Below, piece after piece: positions 17,760 through 28,866 of a stretch of DNA of 64,000 nucleotides. Every line of letters starts with the position of its first letter. Within the stretch, counting starts at the first letter, position 1. The notes under the pieces are model-generated. The model saw nothing but the letters and a program-made list of their open reading frames with translations, was not told where the DNA came from and ran no database searches. Source of the stretch: Pseudomonadota bacterium (lineage in GTDB: Bacteria; Pseudomonadota; Alphaproteobacteria; Micropepsales; Micropepsaceae). Both the position numbers and the translations under genes were made by a program. The stretch covers positions 34 through 64,033 of the forward strand of contig JBEGVG010000064.1 in assembly GCA_041178445.1 (NCBI GenBank). The letters are read 5' to 3'.

Positions 17760-18001
17760 TATTCCGCAAAAAACCCCGCGATCCTAACCAGCGCGAGATT
17801 TTCGGCATGCATCCCGGCGATCTGGGCATCGTGGCGGTGGCCCTGCTTATCACCATTGTTTTTGTCTATATGCTTCTGACGCCAAAGGATTTCGACGCTT
17901 TCAACCGGGCGCTCGCCCCCATGAAACCGCCCCCTTCCAAGGCCCAGACCGGCGAGCCTGGGATCACCCAGATGCAGCTTTACGACGCCAAAAAGAAGTA
18001 A
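17756..18001 (+). CDS. Small single-pass membrane protein, unknown function
   Basis: 81 aa, basic N-terminus, one TM helix; ATGA overlap with trmB. Confidence 0.6.
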   Translation: MIFRKKPRDPNQREIFGMHPGDLGIVAVALLITIVFVYMLLTPKDFDAFNRALAPMKPPPSKAQTGEPGITQMQLYDAKKK

Positions 18002-18123
18002 CGCGGCTTGAATTAACGCTGCATGGGGCGTAGATAGCGCCCATTCCCAAACAACAAGACGTGTTGTGTGGCGGTCGCAAGATCGCCGCGGGGAAAAGCC
18101 TTTGGTTTTTCTATAGGACCTGA

Positions 18124-18675
18124 ATGGTCGTTGCAGCAGCAGTGCATCTCGAACCGATCTTTGAACCCGTCATTGAAAAGGCGGGGTTCAAGCTCGTGCG
18201 CCTGCGCATGATCGGCGGCGCCGCCAGGACCTTGCAGGTCATGGCCGAGCGTCCCGATGGCAGCATGGATGTCGAAGGCTGCGCCACCCTCAGCCACGCG
18301 CTGCTGGACTTCATCGAGGCGGAAGACCCGGTCGAGGGCGAATATGAGATCGAAGTCTCTTCGCCGGGTATCGACCGCCCGCTGACCCGGCTGATGGATT
18401 TTGCCCGCTGGTCAGGTCACGAGGCCAAGATCGAATTGAACGCGCCGGTGCGCAGCGTCAGCGGCACCGACCCGCGCGATCACGCCGGCGAAGGGCGCAA
18501 GCGCTTCCGCGCCACCCTGATGGGCCTGGATGGTCAGGACGTCATGATCCGCGCCGACAATCTGGATTACCGCTTCCCGTTTCGCAGCCTCGTCAACGCG
18601 AAACTCGTGCTCACCGACAAACTCATCAACGAAGATCTGAAGACACGAAAAGTGTTGGACACTGAGGAGAAATAG
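18124..18675 (+). CDS. rimP: Ribosome maturation factor RimP
   Basis: LQVMAER, EVSSPGIDRPL, GRKRF; start may be GTG 18142. Confidence 0.95.
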   Translation: MVVAAAVHLEPIFEPVIEKAGFKLVRLRMIGGAARTLQVMAERPDGSMDVEGCATLSHALLDFIEAEDPVEGEYEIEVSSPGIDRPLTRLMDFARWSGHEAKIELNAPVRSVSGTDPRDHAGEGRKRFRATLMGLDGQDVMIRADNLDYRFPFRSLVNAKLVLTDKLINEDLKTRKVLDTEEK

Positions 18676-18676
18676 A

Positions 18677-20293
18677 ATGGCCACCGCAATTTCCGCCAAC
18701 CGGCTTGAACTGCTGCAGATCGCCGACGCCGTCGCGCGCGACAAGTCCATCGACAAGCAGGTCGTGCTGGCCGCGATGGAAGAAGCCATGCAGCGCGCCG
18801 CCAAGGCCCATTACGGCACCGAGAACGACATCAAGGTCGATATCGACCCCAAGACCGGCGAGACTCATGTCTCGCGCTATCTGCATGTCGTCGAGCAGGC
18901 CGAGAACGACAAGACCGAGATTTCACTGGTCGATGCCCGCAAGCGCAATCCTGACGCCCAGATCGGCGACATCATCGCCGAGACCCTGCCGCCGGTGGAT
19001 TTCAACCGCATCAATGCCCAGAACGCCAAGCAGGTGATCGTGCAGAAGGTGCGCGATGCCGAGCGCGAGCGCCAGTATGACGAATACAAGGACCGCATCG
19101 GTGAAGTGGTGCATGGTGTGGTCAAGCGTTCCGAGTTCGGCTCGGTGGTGGTGGACCTGGGCAAGGCCGAAGGCGTTGTGCGTCGCGACGAGATGATCCC
19201 GCGCGAATCCTTCCGCGCCGGCGATCGCATCCGCGCCTATATCTACGACGTGCGCCGCGAAGCCCGCGGCCCGCAGATCTTCCTGTCGCGTTCGCATCCC
19301 CAGTTCATGGTGCGCCTGTTCGCCCAGGAAGTGCCGGAAATCTATGACGGCGTGATCGAGATTCGCGCCGTGGCGCGCGACCCGGGCTCCAGAGCCAAGA
19401 TTGCGGTGATCAGCAAGGACAGCTCCATCGATCCGGTCGGCGCCTGCGTCGGCATGCGCGGCGTGCGCGTGCAGGCGGTGGTGCAGGAACTGCAGGGCGA
19501 GCGCATCGACATCATTCCGTGGAACGGGGAAGCAGCGACCTTTATCGTCAATGCGCTGGCCCCGGCCGAAGTCACCAAGGTGGTGCTGGACGAGGACACC
19601 CACCGCGTCGAAGTGGTGGTGCCGGACGAACAGCTTTCGCTGGGTATCGGCCGCCGCGGCCAGAATGTGCGCCTGGCCAGCCAGCTCACCGGCTGGCAGA
19701 TCGACATCCTGACGGAAGCCGAAGAATCGGAACGCCGCCAGAAGGAGTTCACCACCCGTACCGCCCTCTTCATGGAATCGCTGGACGTGGACGAAACCGT
19801 GGCCCAGCTCCTGGCCAGCGAAGGCTTCGCCACCATCGAAGACGTCGCCTATGTCGATCTGAGCGAACTGGCGCAGATCGAAGCCTTTGACGAAGAAACC
19901 GCGCAGGAACTGCAGAGCCGCGCGGTGGAATTCATCGAGGCCCGCAACAAGGAAATGGACGACAAGCGCCTGGCGCTTGGCGTCACCGACGACCTCTTGG
20001 AAGTCGATGGCGTCACCCCTGCCATGGCGGTCGCGCTGGGCGAGCACGAGGTCAAGACACTGGAAGACCTGGCAGGCTGCGCCACGGACGACCTGATCGG
20101 CTATTACGAAGTGAACAAGGAAAAGGAGCGCGTGCGCGTTCCCGGTGCCCTGGATGGCTTCAACCTCACCAGCGATGACGCCAACGCCATCATCATGAAG
20201 GCGCGCGTCAAGATCGGCTGGATCGAAGAAGAGCCGGCCCAGGAAGACGTGGCCGAAGAAGGCGCCGAAGGCGAGGAGAAGACCGAAGCCTGA
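18677..20293 (+). CDS. nusA: Transcription elongation factor NusA
   Basis: S1/KH domains, [20 protein letters not shown]-like [18 protein letters not shown]. Confidence 0.98.
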   Translation: MATAISANRLELLQIADAVARDKSIDKQVVLAAMEEAMQRAAKAHYGTENDIKVDIDPKTGETHVSRYLHVVEQAENDKTEISLVDARKRNPDAQIGDIIAETLPPVDFNRINAQNAKQVIVQKVRDAERERQYDEYKDRIGEVVHGVVKRSEFGSVVVDLGKAEGVVRRDEMIPRESFRAGDRIRAYIYDVRREARGPQIFLSRSHPQFMVRLFAQEVPEIYDGVIEIRAVARDPGSRAKIAVISKDSSIDPVGACVGMRGVRVQAVVQELQGERIDIIPWNGEAATFIVNALAPAEVTKVVLDEDTHRVEVVVPDEQLSLGIGRRGQNVRLASQLTGWQIDILTEAEESERRQKEFTTRTALFMESLDVDETVAQLLASEGFATIEDVAYVDLSELAQIEAFDEETAQELQSRAVEFIEARNKEMDDKRLALGVTDDLLEVDGVTPAMAVALGEHEVKTLEDLAGCATDDLIGYYEVNKEKERVRVPGALDGFNLTSDDANAIIMKARVKIGWIEEEPAQEDVAEEGAEGEEKTEA

Positions 20294-20943
20294 TGATGGT
20301 CGCGACAGAAAACATGGATGAGACGAACGATGTGCGGGGCGCGCGTGAGCGCCGCGATATCGTGTCGGAAACCGTCATGCCCGACAGTCGCCTCATGCGT
20401 TTTGCCGCGGACCCCGATGGCAATGTGGTGCCCGATGCGTCGGCCAAGCTGCCGGGCCGGGGCTTGTGGGTGGCGTCCACCCGCGCCGCGATCAACACGG
20501 CAGTGGAAAAAAAGCTGTTCGCCCGCGCCGCCAAGGCCCAGGTGACGGCAACCGCCGATCTCGCCGACCGTGCCGAGAAGGCGCTGGTGACGCGGATGCT
20601 GGGCGATCTGGGGATCGCGCGGCGCAGCGGCCAGCTTCTTCTGGGTTTCGACAATGTGCTCAGGGGCCTGGAAAGCCCCAAGCCGCCCAAGGTTTTGATC
20701 GAGGCCTTTGACGGCGCCGCCGATGGCAAGCGCAAATTATACGCTGCCGCGCACCGGATGGAACTGAAATGCGTGGTGATTGAGAGCCTGACCAGTGCCG
20801 AATTGGGCTTGGCGCTGGGGCGCGAGAATGTGATACATGCCGCCGTCCAGCCGGGCGGTCTTGCCGACCGTTTGACCTTTGATGCGGAACGCCTTTCGGG
20901 CTTTCGCGAGCGGCCACTGGCCCGGAACGAAAGAGACTTATGA
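20293..20943 (+). CDS. ylxR: YlxR/DUF448 RNA-binding protein with L7Ae-like domain
   Basis: RF...PDG.VVPD...KLPGRGLW; between nusA and infB. Confidence 0.85.
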   Translation: MMVATENMDETNDVRGARERRDIVSETVMPDSRLMRFAADPDGNVVPDASAKLPGRGLWVASTRAAINTAVEKKLFARAAKAQVTATADLADRAEKALVTRMLGDLGIARRSGQLLLGFDNVLRGLESPKPPKVLIEAFDGAADGKRKLYAAAHRMELKCVVIESLTSAELGLALGRENVIHAAVQPGGLADRLTFDAERLSGFRERPLARNERDL

Positions 20944-23468
20944 GCGATACCGACGAAACCAAACGCCCGGCCAAAACGCTGTCGCTGAAGAAGACGGAAA
21001 CTTCCACCGTCAAGCAGAGCTTCAGCCATGGCCGCACCAAGGCCGTTGTGGTGGAGAAAAAGCGCTCCGCCGCGCCGCCCGCTGCCGCCAAGCCCGCCAA
21101 GGCTGCCGAAAAGCCGGCCGAAAAGCCCGCTGCTGCCGCGCCGGCTGCCGTCGCGGCCAAGCCCGCTGCTGCCGCACCGCGCGGCGTGGTGCTGCGCCAG
21201 CTTTCGGACGAGGAAAAGGCCCGCCGCACCGCCGCGCTGGCCGACGCCCGCGTCTCCGACCCCGAAGCGCGCCGCATGGCCGATGCCGAAGCGCGCCGCC
21301 GTGCCCAGGAAGAAGAACAGCTCAAGATCGAGCGTGCCGCCGCCGAAAAGCGCAAGGCCGAGGAAGAAGCCCGCAAGGTCGCCGACGATCTGGCCAAGAA
21401 GCGCGCCGAGCAGGAAGCTGCCCGCCGCTTTGAAGCGCCCAAGCCGGGCGAGGTTGCCGCCGGCGAAGCGCCGCGCCGCCGCCTGGAAAACGAAGAAGAA
21501 GAAGAAAGCGCCAGCAAGAAGATCGGCGGCAAGCTGGTCCCGGTTAAGGCGCCCGCGCCCAAGAAGGCGGAAGGCGAACGCCGCCGCGGCAAGCTGACCG
21601 TCACCCGCGCGCTGTCCGATGATGACGAGCGCGTGCGCTCGGTGGCCTCCTACAAGCGTCACCTGCAGCGCGTGAACAAGGGCCATCAGCAGCAGCCGGC
21701 CGGCCCTGCCGGTCCGCGCGACATCATTGTGCCGGAAACCATTACGGTGGCCGATCTGGCCAACCGCATGGCGCGCCGCACGGTGGACGTCATCAAGGTG
21801 CTGATGAAGAACGGCATGATGGCAACGCCCAGCGACGTCATCGACGCCGACACCGCCGAACTGGTGGCCGCCGAATACGGGCATGTCGTGAAGCGTGTTG
21901 CCGAAAGCGACGTGCTGGAAGGCCTGACCGGCGAAAAGGACGCGGATGAACATCTGGTGGCGCGCCCGCCGGTGGTCACCGTCATGGGCCATGTCGACCA
22001 TGGCAAGACCTCGCTGCTCGACGCGCTGCGCAAGACCGATGTGGTTGCAGGCGAAGCCGGCGGCATCACCCAGCATATCGGCGCCTATCAGGTGCATCTG
22101 AAATCCGGCGCCAAGATCACCTTCCTGGACACGCCAGGCCATGCCGCCTTTACCCAGATGCGCGCCCGCGGCGCCAAGGTCACCGACCTGATTATCCTGG
22201 TGGTGGCGGCCGATGATGGCGTCATGCCCCAGACGGTAGAAGCCATCGCCCATGCCAAGGCGGCGGGCGTCCCGATGATCGTGGCCGTCAACAAGATCGA
22301 CAAGGGCGACTCCAATCCGACCCGCGTGAAGACCGAATTGCTGCAGCATGAAATCCAGGTGGAAGACATGGGCGGCGAAGTGCAGGTGGTGGAAGTCTCC
22401 GCCACCAAGGGCATCGGCCTGGACAAGCTGGAAGAAGCCATTCTGCTGCAGTCCGAACTTCTGGACCTCAAGGCCAATCCCGACCGCGCCGCCGAAGGCG
22501 CCGTGGTCGAAGCCAAGCTGGACAAGGGCCGCGGCCCGGTCGCAACCGTTCTGGTTCAGCGCGGCACCCTGAAGGTTGGCGACATCGTGGTCGCCGGCGC
22601 CGAATGGGGCCGCGTGCGTCTGCTCGTCAATGAACGCGGCGAGACCGTGCAGTCCGCCGGTCCCTCCACCCCCATCGAAGTGCTGGGTCTTTCGGCGGCG
22701 CCGGAAGCCGGTGATGAAATGGTGGTGGTCGAAAGCGAAGCCCGCGCCCGCGAAGTCGCCGAATATCGCGGCCGCAAGCGCCGGGAAACGCGTCAGGCGT
22801 CCAATTCGCGCCAGACCCTGGACCAGCTGCTCAAGACCCGCGAAGCCGGTGAAAAACGCCTGCTGCCGCTGGTAATGAAGACCGACGTGCAGGGCTCCAG
22901 CGAAGCCATTCAGGGCGCGCTGGCCAAGCTGGGCACCGACGAAGTGGGCGCCCAGATCCTGCAATCGGGCGTCGGCGGCATCACCGAAAGCGATGTCATC
23001 CTGGCCCATGCTTCGGGCGCGGCGGTGATCGGCTTTAACGTGCGCGCCAACAACCAGGCGCGCGACCGCGCCAAGCGCGATGGCGTGGAAATCCGCTACT
23101 ACAACATCATCTACAATCTGGTGGATGACGTGAAGGCGGCGCTGTCGGGCATGCTGACGCCGGAAACCCGGGAAAAGTTCCTGGGCAATGCCGAAATCCT
23201 GGAAGTGTTCAACATCTCCAAGGTCGGCAAGGTGGCGGGCTGCAAGGTCACCGAAGGCGTCATGCGCCGCGGTTCCAAGGTCCGCCTGATCCGCGATAAT
23301 GTCGTGACCCATGAAGGCGAACTGTCCACCCTCAAGCGCTTCAAGGACGAAGTGAAAGAGGTGCAGAACGGTCAGGAATGCGGCATGGCCTTCACCAATT
23401 ACCAGGACATGCAGAAGGGCGACGTCATTGAATGTTTCGATGTCGAAACCATTCAGCGCGCGCTGTAA
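20940..23468 (+). CDS. infB: Translation initiation factor IF-2
   Basis: [29 protein letters not shown]. Confidence 0.98.
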   Translation: MSDTDETKRPAKTLSLKKTETSTVKQSFSHGRTKAVVVEKKRSAAPPAAAKPAKAAEKPAEKPAAAAPAAVAAKPAAAAPRGVVLRQLSDEEKARRTAALADARVSDPEARRMADAEARRRAQEEEQLKIERAAAEKRKAEEEARKVADDLAKKRAEQEAARRFEAPKPGEVAAGEAPRRRLENEEEEESASKKIGGKLVPVKAPAPKKAEGERRRGKLTVTRALSDDDERVRSVASYKRHLQRVNKGHQQQPAGPAGPRDIIVPETITVADLANRMARRTVDVIKVLMKNGMMATPSDVIDADTAELVAAEYGHVVKRVAESDVLEGLTGEKDADEHLVARPPVVTVMGHVDHGKTSLLDALRKTDVVAGEAGGITQHIGAYQVHLKSGAKITFLDTPGHAAFTQMRARGAKVTDLIILVVAADDGVMPQTVEAIAHAKAAGVPMIVAVNKIDKGDSNPTRVKTELLQHEIQVEDMGGEVQVVEVSATKGIGLDKLEEAILLQSELLDLKANPDRAAEGAVVEAKLDKGRGPVATVLVQRGTLKVGDIVVAGAEWGRVRLLVNERGETVQSAGPSTPIEVLGLSAAPEAGDEMVVVESEARAREVAEYRGRKRRETRQASNSRQTLDQLLKTREAGEKRLLPLVMKTDVQGSSEAIQGALAKLGTDEVGAQILQSGVGGITESDVILAHASGAAVIGFNVRANNQARDRAKRDGVEIRYYNIIYNLVDDVKAALSGMLTPETREKFLGNAEILEVFNISKVGKVAGCKVTEGVMRRGSKVRLIRDNVVTHEGELSTLKRFKDEVKEVQNGQECGMAFTNYQDMQKGDVIECFDVETIQRAL

Positions 23469-23494
23469 TCCTCGCTGCTTTGAGGATCGTGTAA

Positions 23495-23959
23495 ATGTCG
23501 TCTCGTCGTCCGCCCGGCCGTCCCGACCGTTCGTCCAGCCGCCGCAGCGGGCGCGCTGACGGGCCGCTTGGCCCGTCGCAGCGCCAGCTGCGCGTGGGCG
23601 AGGCGCTGCGCCATGCCCTGGCCGAAGTGCTGAACCGCAACGAAATCCGCGATCCTGATCTGGAGGGCGTCTCGGTGACCATCACCCAGGTCAAGCCGTC
23701 GCCCGACATGCGCTATGCCACGGTCTATTGCGAGCCCCTGGGCGGGCAGAACGCCAAGGAGATCGTGGCGGCGCTGAACCGGCATAAAGGATTTTTGCGG
23801 GGCGAGATGGGCCATCGCATCACCATGAAGTTCACGCCCGAACTGCGCTTTGTCGAAGACGAGAGCTTTGCCGAAGCCCAGAAGATCGAGGACATCCTCA
23901 GGTCCGAGCGCGTCGCGCGCGATCTCGCGGCGTCACGCGACGAAAACGATCCCGAATGA
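23495..23959 (+). CDS. rbfA: Ribosome-binding factor A
   Basis: SQRQLRVGE, SPDMRYA, KFTPELRF. Confidence 0.96.
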   Translation: MSSRRPPGRPDRSSSRRSGRADGPLGPSQRQLRVGEALRHALAEVLNRNEIRDPDLEGVSVTITQVKPSPDMRYATVYCEPLGGQNAKEIVAALNRHKGFLRGEMGHRITMKFTPELRFVEDESFAEAQKIEDILRSERVARDLAASRDENDPE

Positions 23960-23977
23960 AAACGAAAACACCGGCTT

Positions 23978-24066
23978 TCTCCCCCCGCAAGGCGAAGCCT
24001 TTGGCGGGGGGAGATGTCGCAACGAGGTGTCGGCGGGACGCCGACCCGAGTTGTGACAGAGGGGGG
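23978..24066. repeat. CTCCCCCC...GGGGGGAG...GAGGGGG palindromic element with nested hairpins
   Basis: Stems TCTCCCCCC/GGGGGGAGA and TGTCGCAAC/GTTGTGACA; inner hairpins AAGGC-GAA-GCCTT and GTCGGCG-GGA-CGCCGAC. Confidence 0.75.
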
Positions 24067-24073
24067 CGCTAAA

Positions 24074-25021
24074 ATGGGACGTCGTAAAAAGGGGAGCCCG
24101 GTCCATGGATGGGTCATCCTGGACAAGCCGCTGGGCATGACTTCAACCCAGGCGGTCGGCGCGGTCCGGCGCATCTTCGATGCCCAGAAGGCCGGTCACG
24201 CCGGCACCCTTGATCCCATGGCCACCGGCATCCTGGCCATCGCGCTGGGGGAGGCGACCAAGACCGTCCCCTACGCCATGGACGCTGAGAAAACCTATCG
24301 CTTCACCGCCAGCTGGGGCGAAAGCCGCGACACGGACGATGCCGAGGGCAAAGTCACCGGCACCTGCGACAAGCGCCCTTCGCAGGGCGAGATCGAGGCC
24401 ATGCTGTCCCGCTTCACCGGCCCCTTAAACCAGACCCCGCCGGCCTATTCGGCCATCAAGGTGGCCGGGGAGCGGGCCTATGACCTGGCCCGGGATGGGG
24501 AAGAGGTGGTGCTGGAACCCCGCACGGTGCAGGTGTTCGAGGCCCGGCTTTTGAACGCGCGGCCAGAGGCGGCCGAGTTCGAAATCCGTTGTGGCAAAGG
24601 CACTTACGTCCGCTCCTGGGTGCGCGATATCGCGCTGGCCTTAGGGACTTTGGGCCATGTCAGCGCCCTGCGCCGGACCCGGCTGGGCGCCTGGGACGAA
24701 AAAGACGCGGTTGGGCTGGATACCCTGACCCCTTTTATGCATAGTCCCGCCGCTTTTGGGTATTTGAGACCCCTTTCGACCGCGCTGGACGGCATCCCGG
24801 CACTGGCCGTCAGTGGTCCCGATACGGTTCGCATCCGATCCGGCAACCCCATCCTCATCCGCAGCGCACTTTTCGCCAAGATGAAGGACGGTTTTGGTGA
24901 CGGCGAACTCTCCGGTCTTACCGTCTTTCTCAAGGAAGAAGACGGTTCGCCCGTAGCATTGGCCGAAATCGCCGAAGGTGAGCTTCGTCCGTTTCGCGTC
25001 TTCAATTTTTCAATCGTCTGA
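24074..25021 (+). CDS. truB: tRNA pseudouridine(55) synthase
   Basis: [34 protein letters not shown]. Confidence 0.97.
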   Translation: MGRRKKGSPVHGWVILDKPLGMTSTQAVGAVRRIFDAQKAGHAGTLDPMATGILAIALGEATKTVPYAMDAEKTYRFTASWGESRDTDDAEGKVTGTCDKRPSQGEIEAMLSRFTGPLNQTPPAYSAIKVAGERAYDLARDGEEVVLEPRTVQVFEARLLNARPEAAEFEIRCGKGTYVRSWVRDIALALGTLGHVSALRRTRLGAWDEKDAVGLDTLTPFMHSPAAFGYLRPLSTALDGIPALAVSGPDTVRIRSGNPILIRSALFAKMKDGFGDGELSGLTVFLKEEDGSPVALAEIAEGELRPFRVFNFSIV

Positions 25022-25040
25022 TGTCCGGAAAAAAGAAACC

Positions 25041-25307
25041 ATGATTACGCCTGAACGCAAAAAAGAAGTCGTCGCCGAACATGCGACGAGCAAGAACGAT
25101 ACCGGCTCGCCGGAAGTACAGATCGCGATCCTGTCGGAACGCATCACCAACCTCACCGAACATTTCAAGACCCACGCCAAGGACAATCATTCGCGCCGCG
25201 GCATGATCAAGATGGTGTCGTTGCGCCGCAACCTGCTGGACTATGTGAAGTCCCGCGACGTGAAGCGCTACGAAGGTATCATCGCCAAGCTGGGCCTGCG
25301 CCGCTGA
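25041..25307 (+). CDS. rpsO: 30S ribosomal protein S15
   Basis: [24 protein letters not shown]. Confidence 0.98.
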   Translation: MITPERKKEVVAEHATSKNDTGSPEVQIAILSERITNLTEHFKTHAKDNHSRRGMIKMVSLRRNLLDYVKSRDVKRYEGIIAKLGLRR

Positions 25308-25328
25308 GTTCGCGGCAACCAGAATAGG

Positions 25329-25370
25329 ACACGGCCTCGCGCAAAAGCGTGGGGCCGTGTTTTGCTTTTG
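25329..25370 (+). terminator. rpsO terminator
   Basis: About 12-bp stem ACACGGCCTCGC/GTGGGGCCGTGT followed by a T-rich tail. Confidence 0.75.
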
Positions 25371-25509
25371 CGGGGGATGAGCTCGCGCAAAAGCGGGTCC
25401 CATAGGGGGATCACCGGGAGCGCCCCAAACCCAAGGGGTATGGGCGCAACCAAAAGAGGACGGCTCGGACGCAATATGGCGCCCGCGCATGACGAAAGAC
25501 GAAAAACCA

Positions 25510-27642
25510 ATGTTCAATGTCGTGAAAGAAACCTTCGAATGGGGCGGCCGCGAGCTGACCCTTGAAACCGGCAAGATTGCCCGCCAGGCGGACGGCTCCG
25601 TGCTGGCCACCTATGGCGAAACCGTCGTGCTGGCCACCGTGGTCGGCGCCGCCAACCCGAAAGAGGGCGTGGACTTCTTCCCGCTCACCGTGAATTACCA
25701 GGAACGCTATTATGCCGCCGGCAAGATCCCGGGCGGCTATTTCAAGCGCGAGCGCGGCCTGACCGAGCGCGAGACGCTGATTTCGCGCCTGATCGACCGC
25801 CCCATCCGTCCCTTGTTCGCCGATGGCTATCGCAGCGAAACCCTGGTGGTGGCGCAGGTCCTGAGCCATGACCTGGAAAACGATCCCGACATCATCGCGA
25901 TGATCGCGGTCAGCGCCGCCCTGACCATTTCGGGCCTGCCCTTCAAGGGCCCGATCGGGGCTGCCCGCGTCGGTTATATCGACGGCGAATACAGACTGAA
26001 CCCGCCGATCGACGACATGGCCAATTCCAAGCTGGAACTGGTGGTCGCCGGTACCCATGACGCCGTGATGATGGTGGAGTCCGAAGCCCAGGAACTCAGC
26101 GAAGACGTGATGCTGGGCGCCGTGATGTTCGGTCACCGCGAAATGCAGCACGCCATTGCGGCCATCATCCGCCTGGCGGAAAAGGCGGCCAAGGCGCCGC
26201 GCACCGTGCCGGAGGACATCTATGCCCCGATGCGCGCCAAGCTGAAGGCGGCGACCGCGGGCGAACTCGCCAAGGCGTTCCAGCTTCCGATCAAGTTCGA
26301 GCGCCGTGACGCGCTCGGCGCCGTAAAGAAGAAGTTCGCCGCCGATTTCGTCGGCGAAGGCGAAGGCAAGATTCCGGCCAATGTCTACTCCAGCCTGCTG
26401 CATGAGGTCGAAGCCGATGTGATGCGCAATGCGGTGCTGGACACCAAGAAGCGCGTTGACGGCCGCGACCTGACCACGGTCCGTCCCATCGTGGCGGAAG
26501 TGGGCATCCTGCCGCGCACCCATGGTTCGGCGCTGTTCACCCGCGGCGAAACCCAGGCCCTGGTGGTCTGCACGCTCGGCACCGCCGAGGACGAGCAGTT
26601 TGTCGACAGCCTGGAAGGCACCGGCAAGCAGACCTTCATGCTGCACTACAACTTCCCTCCCTACAGTGTCGGCGAAACCGGCCGCATGGGCGCTCCCGGG
26701 CGCCGCGAAATCGGTCATGGCAAGCTGGCCTGGCGCGCCATCCATCCGATGCTGCCCAAGAAGGACGAGTTCCCCTACACGATCCGCGTGGTTTCCGAGA
26801 TCACCGAATCCAACGGCTCCTCCTCGATGGCCTCGGTGTGCGGCACCAGCCTCGCGCTGATGGATGCCGGCGTTCCGCTCAAGCGTCCGACGGCGGGCAT
26901 CGCCATGGGACTTATCCTGGAAGGCGACCGCTATGCGGTTCTGTCGGACATTCTGGGTGACGAAGATCACCTGGGCGACATGGACTTCAAGGTGGCCGGT
27001 ACCGAAGAAGGCATCACCAGCCTTCAGATGGATATCAAGATCGCTGGCATCACCGAGGAAATCATGAAGGTCGCGCTGGCACAGGCCCAGGGCGGACGCA
27101 TGCATATCCTGGGCGAGATGAACAAGGCCCTGACCGGCGCCCGCGCCGAGCTGGGCGAACACGCCCCGCGCATCGAGCAGATCAAGATCCCCACCGACAA
27201 GATCCGCGACGTGATCGGCACCGGTGGCAAGGTGATCCGCGAGATCGTGGAAAAGACCGGCGCCAAGATCAATGTCGAGGATGATGGCACCGTGAAGGTC
27301 GCTTCCAGCGACCATGAAGCGATCAAGGCCGCGATCAAGTGGATCCGGGGTCTGACGGCGGAGCCGGAAATCGGCCAGATCTATGACGGCAAGATCGTCA
27401 AGGTGATGGACTTCGGCGCCTTCGTGAACTTCTTCGGACCCAAGGACGGATTGGTGCATGTCAGCGAGCTGGCCTCCAGCCGTGTCGCGAACCCGAAGGA
27501 CGTGGTCAAGGAAGGCCAGGCCGTGAAGGTCAAGCTTTTGGGCTTTGACGATCGCGGCAAGGTGCGCCTGTCGATGAAGCAGGTGGACCAGACCACCGGC
27601 GAAGACCTCAGCAAGAAGCCGGCGGAAGCGCCGCAGGCTTAA
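25510..27642 (+). CDS. pnp: Polyribonucleotide nucleotidyltransferase
   Basis: [39 protein letters not shown] and S1 domains. Confidence 0.98.
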   Translation: MFNVVKETFEWGGRELTLETGKIARQADGSVLATYGETVVLATVVGAANPKEGVDFFPLTVNYQERYYAAGKIPGGYFKRERGLTERETLISRLIDRPIRPLFADGYRSETLVVAQVLSHDLENDPDIIAMIAVSAALTISGLPFKGPIGAARVGYIDGEYRLNPPIDDMANSKLELVVAGTHDAVMMVESEAQELSEDVMLGAVMFGHREMQHAIAAIIRLAEKAAKAPRTVPEDIYAPMRAKLKAATAGELAKAFQLPIKFERRDALGAVKKKFAADFVGEGEGKIPANVYSSLLHEVEADVMRNAVLDTKKRVDGRDLTTVRPIVAEVGILPRTHGSALFTRGETQALVVCTLGTAEDEQFVDSLEGTGKQTFMLHYNFPPYSVGETGRMGAPGRREIGHGKLAWRAIHPMLPKKDEFPYTIRVVSEITESNGSSSMASVCGTSLALMDAGVPLKRPTAGIAMGLILEGDRYAVLSDILGDEDHLGDMDFKVAGTEEGITSLQMDIKIAGITEEIMKVALAQAQGGRMHILGEMNKALTGARAELGEHAPRIEQIKIPTDKIRDVIGTGGKVIREIVEKTGAKINVEDDGTVKVASSDHEAIKAAIKWIRGLTAEPEIGQIYDGKIVKVMDFGAFVNFFGPKDGLVHVSELASSRVANPKDVVKEGQAVKVKLLGFDDRGKVRLSMKQVDQTTGEDLSKKPAEAPQA

Positions 27643-27667
27643 GCCCGCAGTCTTTGCGAAATGTATC

Positions 27668-27695
27668 AGCCGCCCGGGAAGCCGGGCGGCTTTTT
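27668..27695 (+). terminator. pnp terminator
   Basis: AGCCGCCCGG-GAAG-CCGGGCGGCT-TTTT. Confidence 0.85.
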
Positions 27696-28333
27696 CATGA
27701 CATGTTCAGCCGGACATTAAAGGCGATGCAGATGCGCTCGCCCTCGCCCTCGAACGCCGCCACCGAATGTTCCAGCCAGCTGGGGAACAGCAGCAGGTCG
27801 CCTTCCGCGGGCATTTCGGAATGGCGGGTGATCTGGGTGAAAAGCTGGTTCATGTTGGCCCGCGGGCGCGGGTCATAAAAACGGATCTTGCCGCTGGTGC
27901 TGGTTTCGCCCTTCGCGCCCGGCGGCACGGCGATGTAATAGACGCCGCTGATATGGGCGGTGGGATGGACATGCAGTTCCTGGCTGTGTCCGGCTTTCAG
28001 CGAGACGCCCCAGCCCCAGAGCATGAAATCGACATTGGAGGGATTGCGCATGCATTCCTGCTCGAACAGCAGCTTGGCGTAATCCTGGATGGCGCGGATG
28101 AAATGGCTTCTCAGCGTCACCATGGCAGGGTGCTGGGCGAAGCGATGGGTTTCCGACAGCAGGTCTTCGCGGGTCTGGAATCCACCGACATTCGAGGTGC
28201 CGGCGATCATGTTGGGACCGGTGGCGGCCAGCTCGGCGATGATCCCGGCGAGCTGGCGGTTGACCTCGTCCATGTCCGGCAGATGCCGGCGCAGGAGCGT
28301 GGTCGGATAAAGCGAAGTCAGTTGATCAGGCAT
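27695..28333 (-). CDS. Putative 2OG-Fe(II) oxygenase (TIGR02466-like)
   Basis: HVHP..HISGVYY, FYDPRP, FPSWLEHSV, RICIAFN. Confidence 0.85.
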   Translation of the reverse strand: MPDQLTSLYPTTLLRRHLPDMDEVNRQLAGIIAELAATGPNMIAGTSNVGGFQTREDLLSETHRFAQHPAMVTLRSHFIRAIQDYAKLLFEQECMRNPSNVDFMLWGWGVSLKAGHSQELHVHPTAHISGVYYIAVPPGAKGETSTSGKIRFYDPRPRANMNQLFTQITRHSEMPAEGDLLLFPSWLEHSVAAFEGEGERICIAFNVRLNMS

Positions 28334-28467
28334 TGGCGTCCCCCGGCGCGAAATTGCGCTGGGCCGCGAGGAAGGTCAACCAGCAGCTTTTTGCGGATGC
28401 GAACAAAACTTAACCACACCGAGCCGCCATTCTTGTGCGTGCTGGACGCGCGCGATATTGCTGCGCC

Positions 28468-28767
28468 ATGGCCGTTTTCATGCGTCTTGTCAGCCTGATC
28501 CTGATCGACATCGCCCTGATGCTGCTGGGTGCGGACGCCATTTCCAGCCTGGAACGCGGCGGGGCGCTGACCGTGCGCAGCCTGGGCACGATATGGGGCA
28601 TGTTCGATCAACCGCATCTCGACGCTTTCAAGAGCTGGGTCCAGAACAACCAGCCTGCCATGGCGCAAGGCGTCTATTCGTTTCTCGCTTTGCCCGGCTG
28701 GGCCGCGACCGGCGTGCTGGGTGTAATTCTGGCGTTCATCTTCGGCCGAAAAGCCGGCCCCGAATAG
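28468..28767 (+). CDS. Small membrane protein, unknown function
   Basis: Two hydrophobic segments, LALPGWA motif, host-like codons. Confidence 0.7.
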   Translation: MAVFMRLVSLILIDIALMLLGADAISSLERGGALTVRSLGTIWGMFDQPHLDAFKSWVQNNQPAMAQGVYSFLALPGWAATGVLGVILAFIFGRKAGPE

Positions 28768-28866
28768 GCGCGTTCTTTTGCGCCCTGAGTGCGTTGCTCG
28801 TCGCTCATGGGCTATACGCCCACATCGCTCCTCGCTCCTGCTCAGGTCACAAAATCGACGCGCCTA
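28765..28866. repeat. MITE-like palindromic element whose terminal inverted repeats contain both flanking stop codons
   Basis: TAGGCGCGT...ACGCGCCTA ends; inner TTTTG/CAAAA and CCTGAG/CTCAGG pairs; core TTGCTCGTCGCT-[hairpin]-CGCTCCTCGC. Confidence 0.7.

Noticed and set aside
21060-21600. Ala/Lys/Pro/Glu low-complexity repeats in infB
   Set aside because: Normal variable N-terminal region of IF-2.
20208-23312. 1034-aa ORF antisense to ylxR/infB (similar cases: 25411-27459, 29696-31744, 35226-36983, 44031-46118)
   Set aside because: Shadow ORFs from strong GC3 bias on the opposite strand of well-recognised genes; no motifs of their own.
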